64,000 nucleotides of DNA from the NCBI GenBank assembly GCA_951406725.2, contig OX597828.1:26288001-26352000 (forward strand), in the 5' to 3' direction. The notes under the pieces are model-generated. The model searched no databases. It was not told the DNA's origin and worked only from the letters and a program-made list of their open reading frames with translations. This DNA comes from Octopus vulgaris (Eukaryota). Both the position numbers and the translations under genes were made by a program. Below, piece after piece: positions 26,950-40,486 of this stretch. Numbering within the stretch: position 1 is the first letter of the stretch; every line of letters starts with the position of its first letter.

Positions 26950-27145
26950 CCATTCTACTCTAGGCACAAAGCATGGAATTTTTTACGCAAAGGGGTTTAG
27001 TCGATTACAACTAGACTGGTCTCTATCGACTCTGAAAGGATGAAGAGAAGTCGACCTCTCCGGAATTTGAACTCAGAACGTAAAGCCACAAGAAATGCCG
27101 CTCAAGCATGTTATCCAACGAGTTGACAATTCTGCCAGCTTGACT
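26950..27145 (-). mobile_element. SINE family B
   Basis: ttctactctaggcacaa..ggaatttgaactcagaacgt..ttctgccagct. Confidence 0.75.
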
Positions 27146-27364
27146 CCTTATCTCGGGGCTAATAATAACAATGACGATGTTTCCCATACACGCACAACCC
27201 CCGAAATTCTTAAGATAAGGATTAGTCGATGAAATTGGCCGCACTGGCTCTCTATTTTTTTTGCTACTGTGGAAGGATGAAAGATGGACTCCACATTTGA
27301 GTGGAGAAAATCGTATAATAGACATGACCAGTCAGTACTTTGGTGGCCTTCAGAAAAAGCCTAC

Positions 27365-27540
27365 ATCGTGGCCGAGTGGTTAGGCCACGCGAGATCCCCG
27401 AACAGAGATGCACATTGTATTCTTGAGCCAAACACTTCAATTCACGTTACACCAACCCACGGATGGATTGACGTCCTATTCAAGCGGAATCCTTTGATCT
27501 TAGTCTCTTATACGCCATAGAAACCAGGTGACCGGCCGGT
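27365..27540 (+). mobile_element. Degraded tRNA-derived SINE (family E)
   Basis: A box tggccgagtggttag; ttcttgagc..aacacttca core; tail agaaacc..accggcc. Confidence 0.5.
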
Positions 27541-27543
27541 TAA

Positions 27544-27763
27544 CCCTTTAGTGTTTAAACTGGCCATATCTGGTCCAGATATTCCACATGTTTTATATTC
27601 AAACTGGCGATATCTAGCCTCTCACACCTAACCTATATTGAAATTCTAAAAATAAACAATCACGTCATTGAAACCTCAAAGCTATAAGGTAATGCATGAT
27701 TAATTCAAAACAATTTGAGTGAAAAAGTATTACATTTAACAGAGTAATCTGAACACTAAAGGG
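27544..27763 (+). mobile_element. piggyBac-type MITE
   Basis: TTAA|CCCTTTAGTGTT...AACACTAAAGGG|TTAA. Confidence 0.9.
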
Positions 27764-28284
27764 TTAAATACTAGGGCTTAAGACAGTTTTTACCATAATA
27801 TAACCGTTGCAGATTTTTCATCTAAAGATTGTCGAAGAAGAAACCGACAACGTCTCCAGCAACTGGCACCGATGGCCGCCCACGTTTTTCTTACTTATAC
27901 AGTTCATTGTTAAACTCGGATAGCTGGTCCTTTAGTTATTATTATTTTTTTTTAATCTATTCAAATAATTTATAAGTATGATTCGATTTTACGTTTTCAA
28001 GGAATAACAAATGTAACAAGGACAATAGTAAAACAGAACGAGAAAGCAGCTAAAAAATACAAACTATTTTTTCAAGTTTTATTTTGAGTTAAGTCAGCGG
28101 AGCAAAAAAAAAAAGAAAACGAAAGGAATCCCGCTAGAATGACTTTTCCTTACGGGACTTCTAAGTGTGATGGCATGAGGAAGAGAGGGAGAGAAAGAGG
28201 GGAAAACCTGGTCATCAATGCATGAGAACCTACTTTGAACTTTTGTAAGAAAATGGACTCAGAGGAACCTATAGATCGCGTATA

Positions 28285-28445
28285 AATAATAATAATAATA
28301 AACATTGTGTACAGTGCTCAGGTGCACTACAACTCATCTAAAGTGCATATATAATCAGGTGTAGTTTCGACGGATTTCGGAAAGCATGAGGGCCTTAAAG
28401 GATGCAGTGTCATGGCAGTCAACAACTGACGCAGGCAGTTTATTC
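28285..28445 (-). mobile_element. CR1/L2-type LINE 3' end
   Basis: Minus strand NKLPASVVDCHDTASFKALM..* (WNxLP..FK..L motif), short UTR, (TTA)n tail. Confidence 0.65.
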
Positions 28446-28727
28446 GGATCGATAGATCGATATGAAATATGATGGGGAATTGAAGTTAAAAAGGATTGGA
28501 AGTGAGAAGTGGCTGGGCTGTGTGTTTAGGAAGCTGGCTTTGTGACCACATGGCTTCGGTTTGGGCAAGTGTCTTCAGCTATAGACCCGCGTTGAGCAAT
28601 GCTTTCTCATTGAATTCACTTGACGGAAACCCTGTGTGTGTGTGCGCGCAGAACAGCGTCTATATAAATGCGTATGTCTTTGTCTCCCGCTGCAATCGCC
28701 ACCTGTCCATCTATCCAACCATCCACG

Positions 28728-29113
28728 CATACATACATACACACATACATACATACATACACGCATACACACATACATACATGCATACATACATACATAC
28801 ATACATACATTCATACATACATACATACACACATACATACATACATGCATACATACATGCATACATACATACATGCATACATACATACATACATGCATAC
28901 ATACACGCATTCATACATACATACATACATTCATACATACATACATACATACATACATACATACATACATGCATACATACATACATACATACATACATTC
29001 ATACATACATTCATACATACATACACACATACATACATACATACATTCATGCATACATACATACATACATACAAACATACATACACACATACATACATAC
29101 ATACATACATACA

Positions 29114-29142
<29 letters not shown>
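28728..29142. repeat. (TACA)n microsatellite
   Basis: Long catacata array. Confidence 0.95.
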
Positions 29143-29144
<2 letters not shown>

Positions 29145-29444
29145 TGTTGAAATGCCGGACAAAAATATCTTATTTTAGTTAGGGCTTTTTTTCACAATCC
29201 ATGTTCAAATCTCACCTAAGCTAACTATTACCTTTCTTTCCCCCACCAGGGTCAATAAAATAAAACCCTAACCGATTACTAAGAACCCATATAATAAAAC
29301 TTCCTTCTATCCATCGAACATCCCGCATGTGGATAATACGGGGTTTATAACAGAACTAAATTCATTTTTTTCTTTTTTCGTTACATTATTATTTAAATGA
29401 ATAAATTTGTCGTTGTCTCTATGGTAACATCACCACCCTGCCTT

Positions 29445-29477
<33 letters not shown>

Positions 29478-29616
29478 TACGTTTTCATTTGCTTATATGT
29501 CTTAGAAACCACGACGCAATTAAAAGCGACCATTCCATGCTTAATTCACGCAGAGGCGAAATGTTTTCATCCTAAATGCTGTCGTCGATAAAGACCGTCG
29601 AAGTTATCTCCCTTCC

Positions 29617-29884
29617 TATATAGCACTGCTCCGTGGCTCGGTAAAGGTTAACGAGTGCGCGTGTGCTGTACGCTGTTTTTAGTGTGTGCGTGCGTATCAT
29701 GTATGCAGTATGTGCGCGTGCGTGTGTGTGAGTGTGTGTGCATTGCTCTTTTTTTCTTCATTGTTATTGTCGCTTTTGTTTGGGTTTGTTTGTTGTAGTA
29801 ATTGCATTATTCAAAAATAAATTTTGGCTTCTGATGTAGAGCACCGCATTTATGGAGGAGAAGCGACGTGTACTACTAGTAAGT
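29617..29884 (+). promoter_or_regulatory. Candidate TATA-like promoter and first exon (MEEKRRVLL|GTAAGT)
   Basis: TATATAG at 29617-29623; ATG at 29852; 9 codons then perfect donor GTAAGT at 29879; inside CpG-retaining unique DNA; no partner exon found. Confidence 0.2.
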
Positions 29885-30376
29885 GTATGTACGGTATACT
29901 TCTATTGTCGATGATAATGATGATGGTGGTGGTGGTGTGGTGGTAACGGTGATAGTGGTGGGATGGGGGAAATGGTGACGGACAACGATCACCAATTGAA
30001 GAACTAAACTATTCGACCCAAGAAGGAAGCCCCAAGTCGCTCGCGCGGATAATAAGATAAACAAAGACTTTATAAGATCCTGTTTCGCCAATCTAAATTA
30101 ACATAGATAAAAAAAAAAGAATAGATTAGGTAAGAAAAATAGGTTGCTGTTGTTGTTGTTTAGAACCGGGTTAATCCAGATAAAGCAAGCTTATTTATTG
30201 AAAGCATTCAGTTCCAACCACGACCATCACAGTTATCCGTCCAATCAGATGCAAGACCGAGTATTTATAGACTGAAATTGTGTTGGACCCAGACATGTTT
30301 CGGTCCAATGGAGACGCTTTGGTCCCTAAGAATTTTTTTTTCACCCGTCCCCTTCGAAGTATGAAAGGAGTGAAAA

Positions 30377-30760
30377 ATGAGGCTGTGTGGTAAGAGGCTT
30401 GCTTCCCAACCACGCGGTTCCAGGTTCAGTTCCACTGCGTGGCACCTTGGACAAGTGTCTTCTGCTATTTGATCAGACCGATCAAAGCCCTGTGAGTGGA
30501 TATGGTAGACGGAAACTGAAAGAAGCCCGTCGTGTGTGTGTGTGTGTTTGTCTTTGTCCACCACTACCGCTTGACAACCGGTGTTGCTATGCCCCTATAA
30601 CATAGCGGTTCGGTTAAAGAGATCGATAGAATAAGTACCTGGCTTTTAAAAAAAATAATTACTCGGGCCGATTCTTTCGACTAAAAATTCTTCAAGCCGA
30701 TGCCCCAGCATGGCTGCAGTCCCGTAACTGAAACAAGTAGAGTGATGAAACATAAAAGAT
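30377..30760 (+). mobile_element. SINE family A
   Basis: ggctgtgtggtaag..ggttcagttcc..gcaccttggacaagtgtctt..actgaaacaagt. Confidence 0.88.
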
Positions 30761-30784
30761 ATTGTTTCGAGTCCCGGGACTCAC

Positions 30785-31002
30785 TGGGGGCCGGTTATCC
30801 GGTTTCCAAGATGACACCATTCATCCAGGACGGGGCACCAATCCGTTACAAGGTTACTTATTACGGTTAACTACACTGTGGCAACTTGAAATTAAATGTT
30901 TTCTTGCTCGGGACCACTAGACACTGCTCAGCCTGAGAATCGAAACCACAATTTTGTAATTGTAAATGCAACATCCAAACCACTAAGGTACGCGCCCTCA
31001 CT
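30785..31002 (-). mobile_element. SINE family E
   Basis: gaatcgaaacc (B box on minus strand), aaccactaag (A box on minus strand); homologous to 34560-34680 and 37250-37370. Confidence 0.6.
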
Positions 31003-31080
31003 ACAAGAGTTTCTAAGACACACCATCAGTCCTCGCTAAACACCTATCGCTCCCACATCAAATCACAACGTCCCCTTATA

Positions 31081-31274
31081 GCGGCGGGGTATTTCGTCTG
31101 CCGTTACGTTCTGAGTTCAAATTCCGCCGAGGTCGACTTTGCCTTTCATCCTTTCGGGGTCGATAAATTAAGTACCAGTTACGCACTGGGGTCGATGTAA
31201 TCGACTTGATCCGTTTGTCTGTCCTTGTTTGTCCCCTCTGTGTTTAGCCCCTTGTGGGTAATAAAGAAATAGGT
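31081..31274 (+). mobile_element. SINE family B, young long-tail unit
   Basis: ggtatttcgtctgccg..gagttcaaattccgccgaggtcgac..ccccttgtgggtaataaagaaataggta; CpGs intact. Confidence 0.9.
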
Positions 31275-32227
31275 ACTAAAACCACTGATCTGCATAGCAG
31301 GTTGTAATTTGAGATTTATTTAGCTGTTGTTTCTAGCATGTTGGGCAACCGTAAAAGGCTCGTTGAGATATTGAAAGATGGAACCTAAACACTGTGTACA
31401 AAGACGTTCGTTCGGATTTTTTAGAAAATTTATATCAAAACATCTCAAATATATTTTTCTATCTATAAACTACAACAGCAAGATGTATTTACTGTAAAAT
31501 AAACAAATTCGTCGAAGATGTATTTATTTACATGGAGAGCAGGCCTCAGTAGTGATGTGTCCGAAGGGGTTTTGATGCTTTGAAAGAACATTAATTAGTC
31601 CCGTGAAGTGAAATGACGATGAAGTAGATATAAAACGGAGATAAGTCATCGTCTGTTACAGCGCATTCTATACGGGATAATAGAATTAGATTTTATACGC
31701 ATTTCCTGCCGCTAAGTTAGTTGGAATACAGCGAGACAAGACGAGCCGTACAGGAATATATGTCCTGTCTAAGGAAACCCGTCCACACAAACAAACGGCG
31801 GTCCATGCATGGAGCTGACTGACCAAAGGTCCGCCGTATGACTGCCAATCTATCCCTACGTTTGTGCGAGCACCTGTCTCTGTATGTGTGTGTGCATGCA
31901 TTTATGTACACGAGCGCGCGCGAGCAAATACATACGATGGATTATATACCAAGATATATATGTGTTAAAAATGGGGAAGGCCGGTTTATGGGATTACCTT
32001 AGGGAAATTATAAAGGGTTTAGCTTATCCTCCTCTCCCTGAAAATTACTGGGCTTGAACCAACCCTACTACGGACCGGTGCCTCGTTCAGGGTGAACGTT
32101 TTTTTTTTTATCTAGGTCTCACTTTACGATCTCTTGGCTCGTATGTATGTATACAGACAAATATACACACACGCACATTTGTGTGTGTTGATTATATACA
32201 ATATTGCAGAGTACAAAATTAAATGAA

Positions 32228-32382
32228 TCTCCGTCGTTTTCGACGATAAGTTATTCCTCCTGTCCGGACAACTGTACTAACTTCTCGTTTGTTGAAATTC
32301 ACGTTAAAGTGGCTGAGTATCTCCCAGGTACGTGTACTCATAACGTACTCTCGGGGACAGAAAAATCAGCGTGACACAGTGC
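32228..32382 (-). mobile_element. SINE 3' fragment
   Basis: ctccgtcg..gaaatt.acgt..aagtggctgagta..cgtgtac..cagcgtgacacag, a SINE tail motif I recall from octopus DNA (not checked). Confidence 0.4.
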
Positions 32383-32397
32383 GCGCATACACACACT

Positions 32398-32429
<32 letters not shown>

Positions 32430-32955
32430 GACTTCGTGGTCTTGTAATTAGTAACACCTGGAACAGCTGTCTACACAAAAGACTGCCAAGTGATACGTGG
32501 ACGACGACTACGACGACGACGATGAGGTTGTCCTCTGATGTTCTGTGTATGTGTGTTTGTCACTGTTTCTCTTACCTGTGTGCGCGTGAATGTATGTAGG
32601 TTGTACGTATGCGTAGACATGTGCGTGTGTGCTTATGTGTGTGTGTGCCTGTTGTTGGTTCGTTACGTGCGAGCTTCTGTGTATGTGTGTCTGTGTCTGT
32701 TGTGCTGTAACATAAGCCTATGTGAATGTCCGGTTGCTGACATCGATGGATGGTGGTGTTGGTGGTGGTAGTGGCGCCGAAGGTGGAAAGAAGAAAAGAG
32801 AGAGAGAGAGATTGAGAGAAGGGGGGAGGAGAGAGAGAGAAAAAAAAAAGAGTGTGTGAGAGAGATTGAGAGAAGGGGGGAGGAGAGAGAATGTCCGATT
32901 AGTTAATCCGAAGTTGTGTGATAATCTCACATTCAGCATATATGATGATAAAGGC

Positions 32956-32995
<40 letters not shown>

Positions 32996-33980
32996 CCATT
33001 TCACTCTTTTGCAGATTACAACACTAACTTAAGGAGCTTTCTATCTGACAGGGCATAACAGCAGTAACACCAACAAGAATCACCACCACTTCCACCACCA
33101 CCACCACCACCACTACTACTACTACTACTACTGTTAAAACAATGGCCATTGCAATGACTTCATCCTTTGGCACGTGGCCACAAGTACATGTACGCAGTTG
33201 GCTTTAGTCCGTCAATTAGAGCCACACTCCCCCCAGTATATTACTGGTTGGTAGTTTATTTTATCTGCAGACAGTTGAAAAGTGAAGTTAATTCAAACAG
33301 GATTTGAAGTGAAAATGCCCAAGGGGCAGAGGAAAATGCTTGGAAGAGGATTTAGTTACCTACTTAATCAGTTCTCTTGCAATAGTCCTTACTAATTTTG
33401 AGCAAAAAGCCAGTAATTTTGAGGGGAGGAGGGACTAGATGACTACATCGGCGACCCCCCACGCCCCTCAGAATTTGAACTCAGAATGCAAAGAACATCA
33501 AGAAATGCTGCTGAGTGTGTCCCAGTTCTCTGAGAGTCTGCTAGTACTTCTACAATATTACAGATTGTTAACGCAGAGACCTGCAGCCACAAATTTCAGA
33601 GTTAAAGGTTTATGGATGACCAAAAAAAAAAGATCTCATTATCAAACAAGTGCTTGTTCTATTGACCAAGAAGGGATGAATGAGAAATTTAACTTCAACA
33701 TCATTTGAACTCAGAACATGAAAGGTCAATGTTAAGCATATCAGAAGGTGCATTTGCCTTTGATATTTTCTCTGTGACGTCAGCCACTGCTTGCTCTCAG
33801 TGAATGTGTCTACAGCCAAAGAAGGCCAAACAAATGTTTGTGCGGAGTGCTCTCTTCCTCCTTAATGGCATGTCAGTTTTGGAGAGTATTTGAATCTTAA
33901 GATTGTCTCCCTTTCTCAAGTGGAGTTGGTCTAAATTACCATTACATCCTTAAGAAGTGGAGATAAGGTTATTAAATAAA

Positions 33981-34144
33981 GGCGCAGGAGTGGCTGTGTG
34001 GTAAGTAGCTTGTTTTAACCAACCACATGGTTCCGGGTTCAGTCCCACTGCGTGGCACCTTGGGCAAGTGTCTTCTACTATAGCCTCAGGCCGACCAAAA
34101 CCTTGTGAGTGGATTTGGTAGACGGAAACTGAAAGAAGCCCGTC

Positions 34145-34179
<35 letters not shown>

Positions 34180-34400
34180 TGTGTGTGTTTGTGTGTCTGT
34201 GTTTGTCCCCCTAACATTGTTTGAGAACCGATGCTGGTGTGTTTATGTCCCCGTTACTTAGCGGTTTGGCAAAAGAGACCGATAGAATAAGTACTGGGCT
34301 TACAAAAGAATAAGTCCCGGGGTCGAGTTGCTCGATTAAAGGTGGTGCTCCAGCATGGCCACAGTCAAATGACTGAAACAAGTAAAAGAGTAAAGAGTAA
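33981..34400 (+). mobile_element. tRNA-derived SINE family A, full length
   Basis: A box TGGCTGTGTGG, B box GGTTCAGTCC, core ccttgggcaagtgtctt, internal (TA)(TG) tract, tail agtaaaagagtaaagag; more than 10 homologues in the window. Confidence 0.93.
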
Positions 34401-34752
34401 ATGAAGAATTTATCTTGTAGGGTATTTAATATACCTGTATTCACCTATGTTGTTCAAATACATGCCACTGGCCACTTTGAGTTACTTCGCTTAGCTCATT
34501 TCTCTTTTTTCTTTGTTTTAGTTAATTTACTACCCTTGACGGTTCTTTAGGTGTCAAAGTGATTGCAGAACAATGTGACATGAAGTGTTTTGCTCAAGAA
34601 CACAATGCACCAACTGGTCTAGGAATTGAAATCACAATCTCACGGTCATCAGTACAACACCCTCACCATAAGGCTATGTTCAATATCTATCAATGCATAC
34701 ATACATATATGTATGTGTATAATATATATGTATACATATATATGTATATATA

Positions 34753-35052
34753 TCACGACCGACCAGTCCATCAGATGTTGTTACACATCGCTGGTCACAA
34801 TGCGTTCGCATTGTTTTAGCCTTCTAATGACGCCACCCGGCTGGCTAAGCGAGCAGGCCAACAGAAGAAAGAATGGGAGAAAGAATGGTGAAAGAGTACA
34901 GCAGAGATCACCACCCCCTGCCAGAGCTTTGTGGAGCTTTTAGGTGTTTTCGCTCAATAAACACTGACAACGCTCGCTCGGTCTGGGAATCGAAACCGCG
35001 ATCCTACGACCGCGAGTCCGCTGCCCTAACCACTGGGCCATTGCGCCTCCAC
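34753..35052 (-). mobile_element. tRNA-derived SINE family D
   Basis: Minus strand gtggaggcgcaaTGGCCCAGTGGttag..GGTTTCGATTCCcag; inserted in (TA)n. Confidence 0.8.
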
Positions 35053-35069
35053 ATGTATATATATATATG

Positions 35070-35138
<69 letters not shown>

Positions 35139-35610
35139 GCATGTATGTATGTATATATATATATATATATATATACTGGTTCAGCTGAATCGTGTGGCTT
35201 TAGGGTTAAGTTTGAGATTAGAGATAAACTATCACTGCTAGCTGCGTTACTTACAACACAACCTCTGTGTGTGCAGAAATTGCAAAGATTAACCTCAAAC
35301 AGCAGCAATGACACCAATAGCAGTTGAGTTGTTGCAAAAGTGGTAGTAGTAGAAGCAGCAGTAGTAGTAGTAGTAGCAGCAGCAACAGTACTAAGTGCAA
35401 GAGAAGGGTGATGAAATAGTAGTATCACGACTGCTGCATCAGCAGTGCATGTAGGGGCAGAAGCTGCAGTTGTATAATACACACATACACATATATATAT
35501 ATACATACATACATATATATTCATACATACATATATATATATTTATATATATATATATATAGACATATATATATGTATATACATATACATACAGACATAT
35601 ATATATATAT

Positions 35611-35922
35611 CATCATCATCATCATCATCATCGTTTAACGTCCGTTTCCCACGCTAGCATGGGTTGGACGGTTCAACCAGGGTCTGGGAAGCCAGGGGCT
35701 GCACCAGGCTCCAGTCTGATCTGGCAGTGTTTCTACAGCCGGATGCCCTTCCTAACGCCAACCACTCCGCGAGTGTAGTGGGTGCTTTTTGTAGGGGAGT
35801 CTGGCATCGGCCACGATCGGTTGGTGCTTTTAACATGCCACCGGCACAGAAGCCAGTCAAGGTGGTGCTGGCATCGGCCACGTTCGGATTGTGCTATTTA
35901 TGTGCCACCGGCACAGAAGCCA
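35611..35922 (-). mobile_element. RTE LINE 3' UTR / RTE-tailed element (family C)
   Basis: (CAT)n + gtttaacgtccg..gctagcatgggttggacgg..ggatgcccttcctaacgccaacc; homologous to the UTR of the RTE fragment at 62395-62560. Confidence 0.85.
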
Positions 35923-35952
35923 ATATATACATATGTATATACATATATATTT

Positions 35953-36005
<53 letters not shown>

Positions 36006-36370
36006 GAATGGTTGTATACTGTCAATCTAACACGAACGTGACAGTAGGGGGGGTACACCACCGCTGTTTTAGCCCTAGGAAGCATCGACGCCTCCTGATG
36101 GCTTTGACACATATTTCCTGTGTCCTTATATACATTTACGAAGGTGAGACAAACACCCCCGGCCGCCCGTACACTACCCCACACACACCCACACACATCA
36201 TCATAGCCACATGAATGGCTAAACTGGCTGCATGAGTACTGATTAATGGTTTTAATTCACAAAAGACCAAGGCTAACTCAAGTAGGATGATGGAATACAA
36301 GATGTCAGAATGAAGACAATAACCCATCCCACTTGTATAACTGGTATAACTAGAACTTATTTTAGATTTT

Positions 36371-36737
36371 AGGTATGGCGGTGTGGTTGAGTATCCCACT
36401 TTGCACTTATATGGATTCAAGTTCAATCCCACTGTATTGGACCTTAGGTAAGTGCTTTGGGCCAATCAAAGCTTTGTGAGAGGGTTTGGTAGATGGAAAC
36501 TGAAAGAAGCCTGTCTATGTATGTGTGTGTGCATTTGTCCCCACCCACCACTTGGCAATTAGCATTGGTTTCTTTACGTCCCTGTAACTTAGCAGTTCAG
36601 TAAAAGAGACCAACAAAGTAAGTACCAGACTGAAATATATGTACATTTTACCCCCCTAAAAACCCTTTGACGTGGTGCTCCTGCTTGGCGATAGTCCATT
36701 GACTGAAACAAGTAAAAAATAAAGAAAAGAATAAAAG
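36371..36737 (+). mobile_element. SINE family A (degraded)
   Basis: Head and tail motifs as in 33981-34400. Confidence 0.75.
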
Positions 36738-36819
36738 ATGTCTGAATGAAATTTTGTGATTGAAGCGAAAACCTTTTCTCCTGGAAAGGACACCAGTCCA
36801 TTACATGATTACTCATTTA

Positions 36820-37235
36820 AATTTCTTTATTGCCCACAGGGGGTTAAACATAGAGGGGACAAACAAAGACAGACAAAGGGATTAAGTCAATTACATCAAC
36901 CCCAGTGCGTAACTGGTACTTATTTAATCGACCCCGAAAGTATTAAAGGTAAAGTCAACCTCAGCAGAATTTGAACTCAGAACGTAATGGCAGAGAAAAT
37001 ACCTATTTCTTTACTACCCACAAGTGACCAAACACAGAGGGGCAAACAAGGACGGACAAATGGATTAAGTCAATTCCATCAACCCCAGTGCATAACTGGT
37101 ACTTATTTAATCGACCCCGAAAGGATAAAAGGTAAAGTTGACCTCAGCAGAATTTGAACTCAGAACGTAGTGGCTGACGAAATACCACTAAGCATTTCAT
37201 CTGGTGTGCTAATGATTCTACCAGATCACTGCCCA
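36820..37235 (-). mobile_element. SINE family B dimer with 15-bp TSD, nested in a family E SINE
   Basis: TSD atgattactcattta at 36805-36819 and 37236-37250. Confidence 0.9.
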
Positions 37236-38831
37236 ATGATTACTCATTTATGAAGTGTAAAATGAAGCGTTTTGCTCAAGAAGACAACTCCTCACTGTTC
37301 AACGCAGGAATTGAAACCATGATCTTGCAATTGTGGGTGCAGCACCCAAACTGCTAGGCCATGTGCTTTTACCTTTTGAACGAAAGGAAGGACCAAAGGG
37401 AAAACCAATGTCAGTGGAATTTGAGCCGAGAATGTAAAGGGACATAACTCAATGGCACATGACGTTCCTTTAATGATGCTGCCATTCCATCCTTGCCCTC
37501 CTTGGAAAAAAACCACAACAACAACAAAATTCGCTCAACCAATCAATGAATCAACAGAACAATAACAAAAGTAAAAAAAAAAAAGAAATGAATGAAAGGG
37601 AAAAGTATAAAAAGCAATTAATGTTGTCCATAAATTCCTGGATGGAAATTAAACCCACAAAGTTCTTAGCAGTAAATAAATTAATAAATAAATAAATAAT
37701 CTTATAACCAAACGCAACAAATTTCCATTAAATGCAGACTTATATTGGCAACAACTAAGCAGGAAGAGGGTGATCGTTGGAATTTGGTGGAGATGTGTTT
37801 ATAGGCATTACCATGCCGATGATGTCGGTGATGACGACGATGATGATGATGATGATGATGATGATGAAAAAGAAGATGTCAGTGATGATGATGATGATGT
37901 CGGTGATGATGATGATAATGATGGTGTTGGGGCTTGGGGTGATGATGATGATGATGATGATGAGGCTACGTTGTTGATAGTGATAATAAATTTTACTAAT
38001 ATATAACCAATAAAAGACTACTACAACCACTACTACTGATGAGGATGATTATGATGATGCTAATAATAATAATAATAATAATAATAATGGAGATCCTATT
38101 TAAAGCTATTCCCTTTATTAAGGACTTCATATTAATGCATTTTTTTGTAAAATTTATTCATAATTTTTTTTTGACTGGATGGATATTTTCTTTATTTTTT
38201 GTTTGTAATTTTTTTCTAGAATATTTGATATTTCTTTATTTTTTTTTTTTATTATTTATCATTCATTTATTTATTCTTTATTTTATTTTATTTTATTCTT
38301 CTTTTTTTTTTCTCTCGGTTTCAACAGATGCTATTATTATAATATTACGTACTAAACAACTACTTAACGAATATTATTAACTAGTGCTAAACTGTTGTTG
38401 TATATAACGCTGCTCAATGGAACATTAATTCATAATATGCTCGCTGCAAACACCATTAAAGAGAACCATTCCACGGAAATTGGCATCATCTCTCGCAGAC
38501 ATCAAAACCACTTTCAATGATGTTCTTTTATAGTTTTATCTTCATAACTACTCCCCAAACCTTTCCTTGTCGATAGGATCAAATAACAAACAGAGAAGGT
38601 GGAGCCAACCGACCACCATCAAGTCGTTTCTTCGTAGTCTCTTGTTTGTACTTTTGCTATCATGTCCTGAACACCACCACCACTACCACCAACACCACCA
38701 CCACCACTACCAACACCACCACCACCACCACCACCATCGTCGTTATTATCATCATCGTAATTATCGTTATCATTTAGAGGCAGTGGATCGACAGAGTTAG
38801 CTTAGCAATATTGAGCTAAAATTCTTTATCA

Positions 38832-39003
38832 TAGGTGCAGGGGGGGTGGCTGTATGGTTTAAAGGGCTTGCTTTGCAACCATGGGGTTTGGGGTTCAGTC
38901 CCCCTGTGCAGGCAGCTACTTGGACAAGTGTCTTCTACTATAACCCTGGAGAGACAAAAATTTTGTGAGTGGATTTAGCAGATGGAAACTATGCGGAAGC
39001 CAG

Positions 39004-39081
<78 letters not shown>

Positions 39082-39492
39082 CCCTGGGCCATGCAAAGCC
39101 TTTCAAGTGGATTTGGAAAACCAAAACTGAAAGAAACCTGTTGAGTATATATATATATATATATATATATAGTTAATCCAAACAAGAAAACACAAAAAAA
39201 ACACAGCAACGCGAGGACGTGGAACAAATAAAGTATTATTGGACGCTCAGGAAAGAAGGGAAGAAATATATATTTATAACTGGCTTCCACATAGTTTTCA
39301 TCTGCTAAATCCACTCACAAATATATATATATACTTAACAGGTTTCTTTCAGTTTCGGTTTTCCAAATCCACTTGTAAGACTTTGCATGGCCCAGGGCTA
39401 TAGTTAAAGAGGCTTGTCCAAGGTACCGTACAGTGAGACTCAACTCAAGATCCCAAGATTAACAAGCAAGCTTCTTCACCACACAGCTTGCC
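38832..39492. mobile_element. Rearranged inverted SINE A pair with a PLE-pLTR-like fragment (39170-39265)
   Basis: SINE heads on plus (38832) and minus (39492) strands; 39170-39265 is homologous to 45758-45855. Confidence 0.8.
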
Positions 39493-40309
39493 CCCTCTTT
39501 TGTCCCTAACATGAAGGGTTTCTTCTTGTAAACTGATAAAGGAAATCATTATTAGCATTGTTATTGTGTATAACATATCCTGGTTGAAAAGCCATGGAAC
39601 AAAAGTTCACTTCCTGGTGAAGTGAGTCTGTAGGCCAAGATTTGATACTTGTTTATATAACCCAGTTCAGTTCTGATTGAACAGGCTTGTGATCAAAGAC
39701 ATTCCAACGATGACCATCTATAAGGCTTTGTCTAGGATTACATTGTCCAGTGTATCTTTTACATTTTTAAAGATGGTAGGGAGTGATTTGGGGAAAATAT
39801 TTCCCTACAAATTTTGCTGCTATTTCTGTAGGTCAATCGACTCTGTTGAGGGTCCCTTGTTGGCCAGTATAATGCTTTGTTTTGTTGTTGTTTTTCTTTG
39901 GGGGGTTCTGGTGTGGTAAGTGAATTAGAAAGAAGGTGGGAGAGAGAGGAAGTGGGGAAGAATATTTGGACCATCTTTAAGTGTGTGTGTGTGTGGTGCA
40001 AGAAAAAAAAGAGAGATTGACAAAGAATATAGTAAGATGAAATGAAAAGGAAAATGGGAAGATGGAGGGATAAATTAGAAGACAAAGAGAAGCAGATGTA
40101 TTGACAGAGAGAGAGAGAGACAGAGGGAGAGAATGAGAGAGAGAGAGAGAGATTATAGAGAGAAAAAGAAGAAGGAAAGAGAAGGCAAAGAAAAGAGAAG
40201 AAAGAAATAAAGTGTAAAGGAAAGATTTGAAAGGGAAGGAAAAGAAGGATCTGGAAAGATGAGAAAAAAATGTGAAAGGTGTGTGTGTGTGTGTGTGTGC
40301 GTGCGTGTG

Positions 40310-40347
<38 letters not shown>

Positions 40348-40441
40348 GCAAAGGAAGCTGTGAAAAGAGTGACAGACAAGAAATGGTTTTGGCTCTTGTA
40401 GAAATAAATGCTTTGCATTGCAAATAGAATGGAAAGTGAGA

Positions 40442-40486
<45 letters not shown>

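Noticed and set aside
32995-33060. Strong splice acceptor ttttgcag as a coding exon
   Set aside because: All three frames hit stops within about 45 nt
34975-35052. tRNA gene (also 33981-34055)
   Set aside because: A and B boxes present but no full cloverleaf; these are SINE heads continuing into repeat bodies
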